Source: Naegleria gruberi (lineage: Eukaryota). Taken from it: DNA of 64,000 nucleotides. Below the pieces are notes generated by a model that had not been told where the DNA came from, did no database searches, and saw only the letters and a program-made list of their open reading frames with translations. Below, in pieces: positions 31,544 through 43,679 of this stretch (positions within the stretch are counted from its first letter, which is position 1; each line of letters begins with the position of its first letter). The stretch lies in assembly GCA_000004985.1 (NCBI GenBank), contig GG738853.1; one strand, given 5' to 3'. The position numbers were made by a program, and so were the translations under genes.

Positions 31544-33637
31544 ATGCATCCCTCTTCTCTCTTCATACTCTTTCTTTTTCTTTCTGCCAGTTTCGTCTAT
31601 TCTCTCACAACCAACCAAACTCGTTTCTTCAATGATCTAGATCCTAATTCCTCCATATCCTTCGTCAATGACTATTTATCTGCCATAATCTACCACAATC
31701 CTTCTCAGCCCTTCAATATTACCTCTAAAAATCAACTCTTTTCACAAAATTTAAAAATTGTTTCAATTTTACCAGAAGAAAATCTAATGAAATTGTGGAA
31801 AACACTTCCCTTGAATAGAAATCAAGTAATTTTGAATAATTTCGAGAAGGGAGCTTGTCAGATTTATCATCCTTTGGAAGAATTTGATGTGATTATTACG
31901 AGTAGGAGTTTATTCTTGCAAAAGTTTCGAATATTTAGAAAGGGAATGGGAATTCGAAAGTTGGAAGGAGAATATTTTGAGACGAGTGATTTTATATTTG
32001 TTGATTTGCTTCCTTATACTGTTTTGCAAGTTAACTCGAATGATGAATTGATACGGTTCAATGTTTCGAATGAAAAACCTTCATGTAAGGAAGTATTGCA
32101 GAATTTCGAATATGAACAAAATGTATTGACAGCCTATTCAATTTTGACACAAAATAATTCATCATCTACTATTAACAATGAAGATTTACAATTCCTCAAA
32201 CTGTGGAATTCATTTAACATCAATCTCATGAGTGTCACCAATCAACAGCTATTTAGAACATATCTATCTCAACAATTTAATCTTTCCAGCAACTCAACTA
32301 TCCAACAATTGAACTCCCTTCTCTTACCTTCCAACTGTTCAGTTTGCAAGAGTGACATGTGTCTCACTGATTTAGAATTTAAAGAAGTTGAATATTGGGT
32401 CATTCCACAAATTTGTTTTGTCATCATTTACATGATTTTCTTGATATGTAGTGGAGCATTGACACAACCTTCACTGAAAAGAAGATTACTGACACCTTAC
32501 TTGCCATTATTAATGTTGTATTTCATGTTTGCTTTGGCTGATGTCTTTACTCCATGGTGCAGAAGTGTTTTGTTTATTACAGTTGGATTTTTCTTGACAT
32601 TCTGTTCATTGGTTAATGTGTTTACCTATTTGAGATTGTACTATTTGAGAAATTTGTATAGATTATTCTCAAATTCTGAAAAGATTAATTCAATTTTGAG
32701 TGGAATAGTTCCAGGATTGTTATTTACAGGACTTTTACCATTTCTAATGTCATTTTTTGTTTCGTCTCACTACATTTCAATTCCTTTCGTATTGGATCGT
32801 CCTCTGGTATTTGCACTGAATATTAATGTTGGAGTAACAATTGGAATTTGTTGTTTAATTGGTTTCATTGTCATTATATGTGATATATTAATTAATAGAA
32901 AGAAGTGGAAAGATAAGGGATTGAGATACATGTTATTCTTTGACGATCCGTTCATGATTCGTATAGATATGATACTACTTTCGTTTAATTTAGTGATCCT
33001 CATATTGATGACTGCCTTTTCGTTTAACAGACATGCTATTTACTTTCTGAGAACAATTCTCTTCTTTTCATTTATTCTGACCTGTGGAGGACAATGTATT
33101 ATAAAGTATCTATTCGAAAAGCTGAGAAGAAACAAAACTGAACAAGAATCGAGCTTTGAGGAGTTTATGAAAAATGATGATTTTAGGAGAATTCAAAGAG
33201 AATATTGTGTTAAAGAACTTTCCTTGGAAAATTACAATTTTTTCGTATATCTTAATGAATTGAAAAGTAAGGCAATGAAAAATTTGACACTTTCACAAAT
33301 GATTGAAGTGGAAAAGGAATATTTGACTGGAGTGTTTGAAGTGAACGTATCTGGAAGTTCGAAACGTGCATTTTACAAACTGAAAAAGCAAGTGGAAGGA
33401 TCAAGTGCAGAGGCAAATGTTTCGTCCAGCTCAGTTTCAATTTCTTCCATGACTGGTGTCGGTTCTGCATCCTCTTCCATAGCTGAACACCAATTCAAGG
33501 TCCAAGAATTAATTTCAATATTTGAAATGGAAGTTTTAACCAATCTCAAAGATACCTTTTCAAGAATGGAAAAAACTCTCGAATTCTTAACTTGGCAAAA
33601 AGTATACAAAATCCAAAAACAAAATGATATTTGCTAG
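31544..33637 (+). CDS. 7-transmembrane receptor with C-terminal RGS domain (7TM-RGS)
   Basis: Signal peptide MHPSSLFILFLFLSASFVYS, then a Cys-containing extracellular domain of about 280 aa, seven hydrophobic helices, then an RGS-like segment FEEFMKNDDFRRIQREYCVKELSLENYNFFVYLNELKS...MIEVEKEYL. Confidence 0.55.
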   Translation: MHPSSLFILFLFLSASFVYSLTTNQTRFFNDLDPNSSISFVNDYLSAIIYHNPSQPFNITSKNQLFSQNLKIVSILPEENLMKLWKTLPLNRNQVILNNFEKGACQIYHPLEEFDVIITSRSLFLQKFRIFRKGMGIRKLEGEYFETSDFIFVDLLPYTVLQVNSNDELIRFNVSNEKPSCKEVLQNFEYEQNVLTAYSILTQNNSSSTINNEDLQFLKLWNSFNINLMSVTNQQLFRTYLSQQFNLSSNSTIQQLNSLLLPSNCSVCKSDMCLTDLEFKEVEYWVIPQICFVIIYMIFLICSGALTQPSLKRRLLTPYLPLLMLYFMFALADVFTPWCRSVLFITVGFFLTFCSLVNVFTYLRLYYLRNLYRLFSNSEKINSILSGIVPGLLFTGLLPFLMSFFVSSHYISIPFVLDRPLVFALNINVGVTIGICCLIGFIVIICDILINRKKWKDKGLRYMLFFDDPFMIRIDMILLSFNLVILILMTAFSFNRHAIYFLRTILFFSFILTCGGQCIIKYLFEKLRRNKTEQESSFEEFMKNDDFRRIQREYCVKELSLENYNFFVYLNELKSKAMKNLTLSQMIEVEKEYLTGVFEVNVSGSSKRAFYKLKKQVEGSSAEANVSSSSVSISSMTGVGSASSSIAEHQFKVQELISIFEMEVLTNLKDTFSRMEKTLEFLTWQKVYKIQKQNDIC

Positions 33638-33711
33638 CTCACTTTCTCATTCCCTTACAAAGTTCGTTTTCAAATGTGAACTTTGCATAAAAAGTTCCAA
33701 GTTGTTTTACA

Positions 33712-34520
33712 ATGAAAAATTTAAAATTACAATTAAAAAAAATGTCTCAACAAGAAACAAGTTCACCATCAGCGGAATCAACTGAAAAACAAGTTGTTTT
33801 GATGAAGGAAAGTAGGAATTATATGGGTCACAAACCAACAAATAAAAAGAGGATGGTTGAGGTGAAGAGGCCAGTTTATGATTTTCCTCTTGATGATTTT
33901 TCGATTTTTGGAAAGGTTTCGGATGAGGATTTGAAGCTCAATTCGACCTATGCTTTGCATACAGCTTTGTGTTACATTCCACCAGAGTCTATATGGGATC
34001 CTGTTCAAGATATAAGACAGGAAATTGATAAGGTATGTTTGAATACTGCTATTTGGTTTCGAACAAATAATAGGGAATGGAAAGATGGCCTCCTCATGTG
34101 AACTTGTTATTTCCTTTTATTCCAGAAACATGTTTTGATTCGGCTTTGAAATTATTGACTCAAGAATTGCAAGATTTCAAACCTTTCGAATGCTCATTCG
34201 ATTCAATTTCATATTTTGAAAAAGGATCTTCTGTCTTGTGGGTCAACCAAAACGAAACTGCAAGAAATAACTTTATAGAATTACAAAAACGAGTTGCTTC
34301 CCTCTTTCCTTATTGTGCTAAGAAGAAAAACGAAACTGGAGAATTCATTCCACACATGACTGTTGGTTATGCACCAAAAACAATTGTGGAAAAAGTTCAC
34401 AAACAATTGAGTGAGGATTGGAAAACTCAAACTGTAACAGTTGGAGAAATTTGCATGATTTACAGACCTGATGTGGATACTTGTTTCAAAATTATTCACA
34501 AAGTACCACTTGGAAAGTAA
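33712..34520 (+). CDS. 2H-phosphoesterase-like (LigT/CPDase superfamily) protein; putative 2 exons (33712-34033, 34074-34520)
   Basis: The second part contains PHVNLLFPF and PHMTVGY (H-x-T/S-x type motifs) about 90 aa apart. A putative 40-nt GTATGT...AG intron joins ...QEIDK to GMERWPPHVNL in frame. The exon-1 assignment is uncertain. Confidence 0.35.
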
Positions 34521-35023
34521 ATCAGATTAGCAAGAATAAATATGCAATGTTCATTGACGATTGTTATTTTGTAATCGATTTAGATTTGTTCAACTTAATA
34601 ATTATGTGAATAAGGATATGAACATATTCATCAAACAGTATCTGTCACTATTATTCCTAATTTCCTAACCGTGCTCTGTCCACATTAAATAATTGAATCA
34701 ACATTAAGCTGACCAACATGATAAACAATCCACTTAAATTATAAGATTTTTTGATAGTGTCACCACGAGGCAGCACACAGAGAGTACTATCTAAAATACT
34801 CCTCCCTAGATTTAAATATCTCCTCTGTATTTTTTCATCAGCAGCATCTATCTATTATCAAGTTTATTTTTGGTTCTCATAACTATCCATGTGCTGATCT
34901 TTCATCATCACCCAACGCGATAAAAGCTTCATCAAGAACCTTCGCTCATTTAAAATTTTAAATTTTCAATCAAAAAAACAATTTTTAATAATTTATTTTT
35001 TTTTAATACAACACACAAGAAAA

Positions 35024-36792
<1,769 letters not shown>

Positions 36793-36949
36793 ATTAAATA
36801 ACTTTATTTATTTTGAAATTGAAAACACACATTTTATTTCTTACAATTTCATCTTTCAAGAAATTAAATAACTCATCTTCCTTTGTAGAAACTGCTTACA
36901 AAGGAAAAGCTGCAGCAGTTTCAAGAATATCTGTCAAGTGTGACACAGA

Positions 36950-38149
36950 TCAATAAACAAAATGGTAAATTTCAGGATAGAAACTATTGGAAGGTAATGT
37001 AAAAACCAATCTACATAATGGAATCGAGTCAATTGTGTAAAATCCTGTATCTATTCTTCCTCCATAACTAGTTCCATGATCATAACCTCGTGTCCAATAC
37101 ATTTCAGAGACTAAAATATCTCCACAATAGTCCTTGGAATTGTATCTCAGTACATGAGGATATTTACGTTCACAGCACGGATCGTGTGGATAAATCACTG
37201 AGCTATTTGAAGAAACATTTGTTGTGATGCAATGAAGGAAATTTCCAATGCAGAATCTGTAAATTCCAACTTCTTTACAATCGTGTTTCAGATTTGGTTT
37301 GCCACTTTTGTAAATCCTTTCTTTGAATGGTTCTGGTGTAAAGTGTTGATAAATTTGATTAATTTTCTTTAAATGTCTGTTTTGCTTGAAGGTTTCAGTC
37401 ATGTTTAGAATAAAACATGAATCAGTTCCATCAATTTTACCCATCAAAAAGTAACAAGATGGATTATTAGACCTCTTTTCAATAAATGACTTCAATCGAA
37501 TAAAAACATGCTTTCTTTCATAATCAACATCAAGAATTTCCACAAATCGTGACAAGATTTCTTCCTCAACGCTCATTAGACTATTTGTATTATCTAAACT
37601 CAAATATTTTACAACTTCTGAAAATGATTTAAATCTCAAACCAATATCTATTTTCATTCTATTACTCAATGATCGATCAACATTCACCATCGATTCAAAT
37701 ACACTACAAGAAATATCAGGTAATCCTTCATAATAACCTTCATAATAATCTTCGTAATTTCTTTGAAAAGCTAATCTCGATTTGTTGGCAGCTTCCAAAT
37801 GATTAAATAAACATTTAAATTTAATTCTAAACACTGCATTTCTATTATCCAAATAATCTTGCTTAATATTTTCACAATCCTCATCATCAATCAACTCAAT
37901 ACTTTGATTAGATTGCATCAAATATTCAAATCTTTGAATCATCCCTTCCTCCATCCCCAAATAATTCAAACCAACCTCCAAACCAATTCCGAAACCCTGC
38001 AAAATTCCAATAATTGATTCATCCTCATAAATAATCCTCCGATCTTTCTGTGATTTGAATTCTTTAAAGGGCATTTTAGAAGATCGTGATGAGGTTTTAT
38101 TTTTATTTTCATTGTGTGCAGCAATTGTTTTACGATGTTGTGGCTTCAT
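36950..38149 (-). CDS. hypothetical protein
   Basis: 399-aa ORF with an ATG start. No confident family. Confidence 0.4.
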   Translation of the reverse strand: MKPQHRKTIAAHNENKNKTSSRSSKMPFKEFKSQKDRRIIYEDESIIGILQGFGIGLEVGLNYLGMEEGMIQRFEYLMQSNQSIELIDDEDCENIKQDYLDNRNAVFRIKFKCLFNHLEAANKSRLAFQRNYEDYYEGYYEGLPDISCSVFESMVNVDRSLSNRMKIDIGLRFKSFSEVVKYLSLDNTNSLMSVEEEILSRFVEILDVDYERKHVFIRLKSFIEKRSNNPSCYFLMGKIDGTDSCFILNMTETFKQNRHLKKINQIYQHFTPEPFKERIYKSGKPNLKHDCKEVGIYRFCIGNFLHCITTNVSSNSSVIYPHDPCCERKYPHVLRYNSKDYCGDILVSEMYWTRGYDHGTSYGGRIDTGFYTIDSIPLCRLVFTLPSNSFYPEIYHFVY

Positions 38150-38471
38150 TTTTTTTAAAGTTCATGTAAATGTCGACTTTGAAATTGCAAGTCAATATAT
38201 TTAATTTTAAATTGTAATCTTGCAAAATTAATATTGAATTAAATGTTGAGAGTTTTGTTCGAAATGGAAGATCAAAAAGTTCTGTGCAGTGAATTCAAGG
38301 CCTTTCCAAAAATATCCGAAAGTTGTCAGTGATAGACCATTTTTTATTACAAACATGAAAATCGTTGATTGAGTTGGGACGAAAAAGATCTTTATCACTG
38401 ATTAATTTAAAATAAAACCAGATTCCACTTTAAAAAAAACTAATCTAAACTAATCAACTATTCTAAACGAA

Positions 38472-39455
38472 ATGGTCCTTCTCAAATCAGACAAAATCAA
38501 ACTCACCATTCTCTCAGCCAATAACCTTCGTTCCATGGATCGAAATGGATTCTCAGATCCATACACAAAGATTTTCATCATTCCTGAACAAAATGTTGAA
38601 TTTAAAACAAGGAAAATTAAGAAAACTTTAAATCCAGTTTGGAATGAACAATTTACATTTTCACCAACTGCTCATTATTGTCAGGTTTCTTGTTATTTAT
38701 ACGATTGGGATATGATTGGAAAGGATGATGTGTTGGGGATGGTCAATTTTGAAATTTCAGAAGAAAGGTTTCGGATAAATCAAGAACATACAATTACAAA
38801 GAATGTGGATGATCAGGAGGATGGAAAATATGGAACTGTCACTTTTAAATTTACCATTGAAAGATCCCAACAAGAAATTGACAAGTGGCACGATTTGAAA
38901 CTTCCAGCCAATTACAAATTTGTAATGGATTCAGATCCAACTTTTAAAGCAGCAATTCCATACTATTTCGAATACATTCCAGACCAGCTCACAAGTGAGA
39001 AACTCAAAAATCTAGTTGGCTGCACCAAAATGGAGTTTAAATACATGGAAAATGTCTTTACAATTATGAGATCGCAACACAACAAGTCAATTGAGGAAAT
39101 TCTACTCATGCACACAAGACCTTTCGAAAATTCGACCAAGTCAGACGAAATTATTTGTAGAAAGTGTGATCACTTTACCAAAGGTGATATTTTGATGGGA
39201 AAATTCAAACAAGTTGTCATTGCTGATTATTATGTTGGATATGGAAAGGACACGAATGGACACGACGTGTTTTCATTGAGTTTCTTTATGGTTGGAATGT
39301 TGGAAGAGGGTCTCTATGAAATTTATCATTATTGCAGGGAGGAGGGAAGTCATGAGAGTGAGGAGTTGAATATTGAGGAAGATGTCCTGATTAATAATGT
39401 GATACAATATACACAGATGAGGAAATTCATTTCCAAAAAGTCGTGTTTGCCTTAA
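38472..39455 (+). CDS. C2-domain protein (single exon)
   Basis: N-terminal C2 motifs: RNGFSDPYTKIFI...KKTLNPVWNEQFTF...YDWDMIGKDDVLG. It is a paralog of 13064 and 40186 but lacks their intron. Confidence 0.6.
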   Translation: MVLLKSDKIKLTILSANNLRSMDRNGFSDPYTKIFIIPEQNVEFKTRKIKKTLNPVWNEQFTFSPTAHYCQVSCYLYDWDMIGKDDVLGMVNFEISEERFRINQEHTITKNVDDQEDGKYGTVTFKFTIERSQQEIDKWHDLKLPANYKFVMDSDPTFKAAIPYYFEYIPDQLTSEKLKNLVGCTKMEFKYMENVFTIMRSQHNKSIEEILLMHTRPFENSTKSDEIICRKCDHFTKGDILMGKFKQVVIADYYVGYGKDTNGHDVFSLSFFMVGMLEEGLYEIYHYCREEGSHESEELNIEEDVLINNVIQYTQMRKFISKKSCLP

Positions 39456-39530
39456 ATAAATATGAAATTGCATGAATTAATTAGTACATCAACAATCCGG
39501 CTAATAACTCTTTTCAACAAATATACGTAA

Positions 39531-39603
39531 GCGGCAGTAGATCAGTGGTTAGATCGTCCGCCTCACACGCGGAAGGTCGCGGGTTCGAACCCCGTTTGCC
39601 GTA
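39531..39603 (+). tRNA. tRNA-Val(CAC)
   Basis: Acceptor GCGGCAG/TTGCCGT; D-arm GATC-AGTGGTTA-GATC; anticodon loop CTCACAC; T-arm GCGGG-TTCGAAC-CCCGT. T-run downstream. Confidence 0.8.
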
Positions 39604-39992
39604 AACAAATTTTAATCTTTTAGTGCTTCTACGGTTCTTTTTCATACCATATGTTTATCTACGTTGTTTCCCAATCTTTATTCAAGAAACGATTGAGACG
39701 AGCTGTTCCTTAATATTATTTGCCAAAACTGAAATTTTTCAAATGCCTCACCATAATTAAATATTGGTTGGATAAAGTGTGTTAAGCATGTTTTCCAGAA
39801 ATTATGAAATATCTCATCAAGGTAAATATAGTTCAATGTTTGTTGGAATTGAATGGTTTCCTGAATAGGTGTTTTTGCTTTTGAAAATGCAAAAAGTACC
39901 CAACACAAATAATGTTTGAAACAAAATATCATCTTTACTAAATATCAATAATTGTATTATTGAAAATCATTAATTCATGCCCTATAAAATTT

Positions 39993-40065
39993 TACGCAAG
40001 GCGGGGTTTGAACCCGCGACCTTCCGCGTGTGAGGCGGACGATCTAACCACTGATCTACTTGCGC
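39993..40065 (-). tRNA. tRNA-Val(CAC), convergent copy
   Basis: Same body as 39531-39603. The acceptor stem is changed to GCGCAAG/CTTGCGT with compensatory changes. T-stem 3' CCCGC and T-loop TTCAAAC. TTTT follows. Confidence 0.8.
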
Positions 40066-40185
40066 TTACATTCAATATCTAAAAAGTTCTGTTGTGCGCT
40101 TAACAACCTTCTCATTAAGGGAGATAAAGGCATAGGGTTCTTTACAGAATATTACAACCCAAAAAAATTGATACAAAAGCTCATC

Positions 40186-40842
40186 ATGGGATTTGGATAT
40201 CAACACAGATTGCACGTAACCATTGAGGCAGGTGTTGATCTTGTTGGCGCTGATAGAAATGGTCTCTCCGATCCAGTAAGTTTCATGATATTCAATTATT
40301 AATTAAATGTTCCTAGTATTGTAAAATAATCGTTAATGGAGCTCTTCCTAGAAAAACAAAAACCATTAAAAAGACTTTGAATCCTGTATGGAATGAAACT
40401 TTTAAATTCTATGCAATTTATACAACCGTAAAGTTGAAATTAAAATTTGAGGGTGAGTTTTAAATCATTACTACGAGTTATTGAATAATATTATTATTAA
40501 TATCAAATGATCTTAAAGTATTTGATTGGGATTTTATTCTTAAAGATGTAAGTAAACTTGTATATTTAATATTTATATTATTTAAATATATTGATCATCA
40601 TTATATATTAGGATTTTATCGGAAGAGCTTCCCTTGATATTGATTCCAACGATATTCAACTCGATAAGGAATACACCCAAATATTAAAACTTCAAGATAC
40701 AAACAGTGGAAGTATCAAAATTAAATATGTCATCATGGAAGGCTTGGATCCATCTGTAAAACATACCATTACTCGTTCTGTAACACCATCTCCAAGACAA
40801 CAAGTAAAACCAACCATGTTTGAACCAACGAACCAACTGTAA
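40186..40842 (+). CDS. C2-domain protein, 4 exons (40186-40275, 40317-40452, 40519-40547, 40612-40842)
   Basis: Exon 1 reads MGFGYQHRLHVTIEAGVDLVGADRNGLSDP. A 41-nt GTAAGT...AG intron follows. Exon 2 reads YCKIIVNGALPRKTKTIKKTLNPVWNETFKF.... A GTGAGT intron precedes the 29-nt micro-exon VFDWDFILKD, at the same position and phase as in the gene at 13064. Exon 4 reads DFIGRASLDIDS.... Confidence 0.55.
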
Positions 40843-40853
40843 ATGAAAAACCA

Positions 40854-41657
40854 ATGGTTGAGAAGGAAGCCACTCCAGTGGTTGTAGAAAAGGCCATTCC
40901 TATAGCAAGGAAAGTTCCTGAAACACCATCTCCAATTACAATTTCAACATTTATGGAACCACTTGAAGAATTTGAAGATGAGGAGACAAAACCAATAGAC
41001 GATTTTGAAGTTGAGATGGAGAAACGAGCTATCGAACTTATGGAACCACTTGAAGATATTAAAACTGAGGAGCAAGAACCAGTCGAAGTTGTTAATAAGG
41101 AAGTGGACGAGAGAAAGGCTGAGGAAAATATAGTGAATGATGGAATGATTTATTGGAATGAGCTCAATGAAAATTTTGCTCCATATTTACCTTCAGAATT
41201 CACCATGTTGAGTACTCATGCTTCAAATTCTGAATTATTGGCTGCATTCTCCAGTTTATCTGATAATGATATAATCTATGTTTCATATAAGGACATTAGA
41301 GGGTATGATTTCCAAGATGCTCATCATGCTTACATGGAAACCTATATCACAGGATCAACTGCAGCTGCTGAAGAAGCTGGTGATGAAATGGAAATTCTAT
41401 ACAGAGAGAAGGATATTACAGATATTTGTGAGGAAAAGTACACTCACCTCTATGAAACTCGTTGTCAAACAGCTAATAAGGAAAGTGGAAAGATTGTTCA
41501 ACAAATTTGCATTTCTGGTCTTGCCAAGTGTGAAGTTATGGTAGGGTTTGAACTTATTACCTCTCAAATTGAATCTATTGATGACAAGTATTTGATTTTA
41601 ATGAGAATTATTCAAAATACAAAGGTTTCCAATACTGTCGAAGGACATTCAGAGTAA
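40854..41657 (+). CDS. acidic (Glu-rich) protein; possibly the C-terminal part of the preceding C2 gene
   Basis: 267-aa ORF starting 12 nt after the C2 gene stop, in the same orientation. A candidate 59-nt GTAAAA...AG intron (40804-40862) would fuse the two in frame. Confidence 0.35.
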   Translation: MVEKEATPVVVEKAIPIARKVPETPSPITISTFMEPLEEFEDEETKPIDDFEVEMEKRAIELMEPLEDIKTEEQEPVEVVNKEVDERKAEENIVNDGMIYWNELNENFAPYLPSEFTMLSTHASNSELLAAFSSLSDNDIIYVSYKDIRGYDFQDAHHAYMETYITGSTAAAEEAGDEMEILYREKDITDICEEKYTHLYETRCQTANKESGKIVQQICISGLAKCEVMVGFELITSQIESIDDKYLILMRIIQNTKVSNTVEGHSE

Positions 41658-41727
41658 ATTCAATAAATTCAAAGCTTAATATGTGTATTTTATAACTTCA
41701 ATAAAAGTACTTGCCTTAATGCCAACA

Positions 41728-41816
41728 GGGTGGTTAGCTCAGCGGTAGAGCACCGGATTGCAAAGATATTTGCAGCAGACATCCGATGGTCACGTGTTCG
41801 ATCCACGTACCACCCT
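41728..41816 (+). tRNA. tRNA-Cys(GCA) with 17-nt intron
   Basis: Acceptor GGGTGGT/ACCACCC; D-arm GCTC-AGCGGTA-GAGC; anticodon stem CCGGA with loop TTGCAA|intron AGATATTTGCAGCAGAC|A; T-arm ACGTG-TTCGATC-CACGT. T-run 3'. Confidence 0.75.
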
Positions 41817-41921
41817 TCCTTTTGTTTTTTACTCCTTTTTACTAAGGAAATAATATTAATCTGGATGATAACTAAGCTGTTAGTATTTGGTTTAATAAGT
41901 AAAGTTTGACTTCGTGTGACT

Positions 41922-43679
41922 TTAATAATGTAATTGTTCAATTGCCTCAACCCATGAATCTCTCTCCTCTGCACTGTCTACACAACAGTTCAAATTTCTC
42001 GCTCCCGATATTACCACAAATGTGAAACCCTTCTTTGATTCATCTTCCACATTTCTGGCTCTTGTCTTTGGATCAATTACTACAATGCCCTTTGGTTTTT
42101 CGTTTGGTGCATCCTTGGAGAAATAAAAGAGGAATTCCTTAAATAACAAACAGTACCTCTTCTTCCATGATTTAAAGTTTGAGCCTTGCTTCTCCATATA
42201 GCCTGCCTTGACAGGTCTCATGTGTTTCAGTGTTTGTACAGTTGGGTTAGAACCAAATCGCATCTCTGCTAATGCAGCTCCAGCATTTTCACCACTATTC
42301 TTGAGCAATGTTTGGACATCATTCTTTGATTTTTCATGTTGTTCTTTCAGTGTCAGTAAGGCAGAGGCAAGTTGAAGATTCTCCTTTCTAGATTCATCCA
42401 ATTTTTCTTCCACTTCTTGTTTATCCTTTGTGTATTGCTCCGCCAAAGTTTGTCTTTCCTGTGCAAGTTTTTCTTCCATTTCTTGTCTTTCCTTTTCCAA
42501 AGTTTCAGCCATTTCTTGCTTTTCTTTTATCATGTTTTCTTCCATCTCTTTCTTTTCCTTCTCAAGCTTTTCTTTTTCCAAATTTAGAGATTTTCCCTCG
42601 GTAAATTGTTTCACCCTCTCAATTTCAATCGCCAATCGTTGTTTGAGGTCTTGAACCTGACTCTTGTAGGTATCCAACTCGGAGAGTGTACTATCGAGTT
42701 GAGATTTAGTTTCTTGTAATTGAGTTGTGGCTAAAATTTGAGATTGTTCCAAGTGGGAAACTCTTTCTTGAAGAGTGATGATCTTGGTTTGTTGATTTTC
42801 ATTCTCTCGCTGCAACTTATCATTTGTAGTCAATAGTGAAGTGTTATCGCTTTCTAGTTTTTCAATTTGTTTCCTCATGTGAATTTCTAATTTTTTGTAC
42901 ATGTCAGTTGTTTCAAAGTTGGAAACATTCTTTATGAGCGCCAAGAATGCTTTCATTTCAGGTCTTGTATTTACATCAGGTATTTCCTTTCCTAGAATAG
43001 CAATAGAATTTTCAAATATTTCATTCTTGAGAGTGTCGAGTGTCTCTTCTGACTGTTCCAAAACCAAATCGGAATGGTCACAACTATAAAAAATGGATGA
43101 AATCAGAGACATTATCAAGTGCTTCTCACCATAGAGAATATCTTCAGGCTCCAGCATGATACTCTTCTTGTTCAAATCCAATCTGTCTATTACTTCCAAA
43201 AGGGCTTGGATTTTATCACTATCTGTTGGAGCCTCAGAGATCATTGCCTCATCTTCATCTGTAAAACCCTTAGAGACTGTCTTTACAAGTTGGTGGAAGA
43301 GATAACCGTTTCTCCATTCCTCTCCAAGATTTGTTACCTTAATGTTTTTAGATTCCAACCTATTATTGACCCATCTGAGCAAGAGCGAGAGAGGTTGTTG
43401 ATTCATAAATTCCACAACTGTTTCATCTGCCCTCTTCAATGCAATTGCATCAAAGAAGTGAACAATATTCAGTGATTTAGTCAAATCCTCTCTAATCAAT
43501 TGCCACAAGATGGAATTTAATGCTGTTGGTCTCCCCTCGGCACAATCCTCTGGAGAAATGTTGACTACTACAATACCAAGACCCTTGGCATATCCTAGAA
43601 CCATTGTATGATTCAAAACTCGTTTAATCTTGTTCAATTCTTGTTCCTTCTTTGGTTTACATATTTTACTCCATTCCAC
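41922..43679 (-). CDS. coiled-coil protein with C-terminal PH domain
   Basis: 585-aa ORF. Long heptad-rich E/K/Q central region. C-terminal PH-like segment VKAGYMEKQGSNFKSWKKRYCLLFKEFLFYFS...SWVEAIEQ. Confidence 0.55.
   Translation of the reverse strand: MEWSKICKPKKEQELNKIKRVLNHTMVLGYAKGLGIVVVNISPEDCAEGRPTALNSILWQLIREDLTKSLNIVHFFDAIALKRADETVVEFMNQQPLSLLLRWVNNRLESKNIKVTNLGEEWRNGYLFHQLVKTVSKGFTDEDEAMISEAPTDSDKIQALLEVIDRLDLNKKSIMLEPEDILYGEKHLIMSLISSIFYSCDHSDLVLEQSEETLDTLKNEIFENSIAILGKEIPDVNTRPEMKAFLALIKNVSNFETTDMYKKLEIHMRKQIEKLESDNTSLLTTNDKLQRENENQQTKIITLQERVSHLEQSQILATTQLQETKSQLDSTLSELDTYKSQVQDLKQRLAIEIERVKQFTEGKSLNLEKEKLEKEKKEMEENMIKEKQEMAETLEKERQEMEEKLAQERQTLAEQYTKDKQEVEEKLDESRKENLQLASALLTLKEQHEKSKNDVQTLLKNSGENAGAALAEMRFGSNPTVQTLKHMRPVKAGYMEKQGSNFKSWKKRYCLLFKEFLFYFSKDAPNEKPKGIVVIDPKTRARNVEDESKKGFTFVVISGARNLNCCVDSAEERDSWVEAIEQLHY

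Noticed and set aside
34750-34860. Possible small Pol III ncRNA: GGCAGCACA and ACAGAGA strings reminiscent of U6 snRNA, followed by a TTTTTT run
   Set aside because: The highly conserved U6 core (AGC triad context, GATTAGCATGG...CAAGGATGACACGCAAATTCGTGAAGCGTTCCA) is absent. The similarity is limited to short common strings. Most likely intergenic chance similarity.
42372-43475. Plus-strand ORFs (71-118 aa) overlapping the minus-strand coiled-coil/PH gene
   Set aside because: They lie opposite a long, well-supported ORF in an E/K-rich repeat region and are typical spurious antisense frames.
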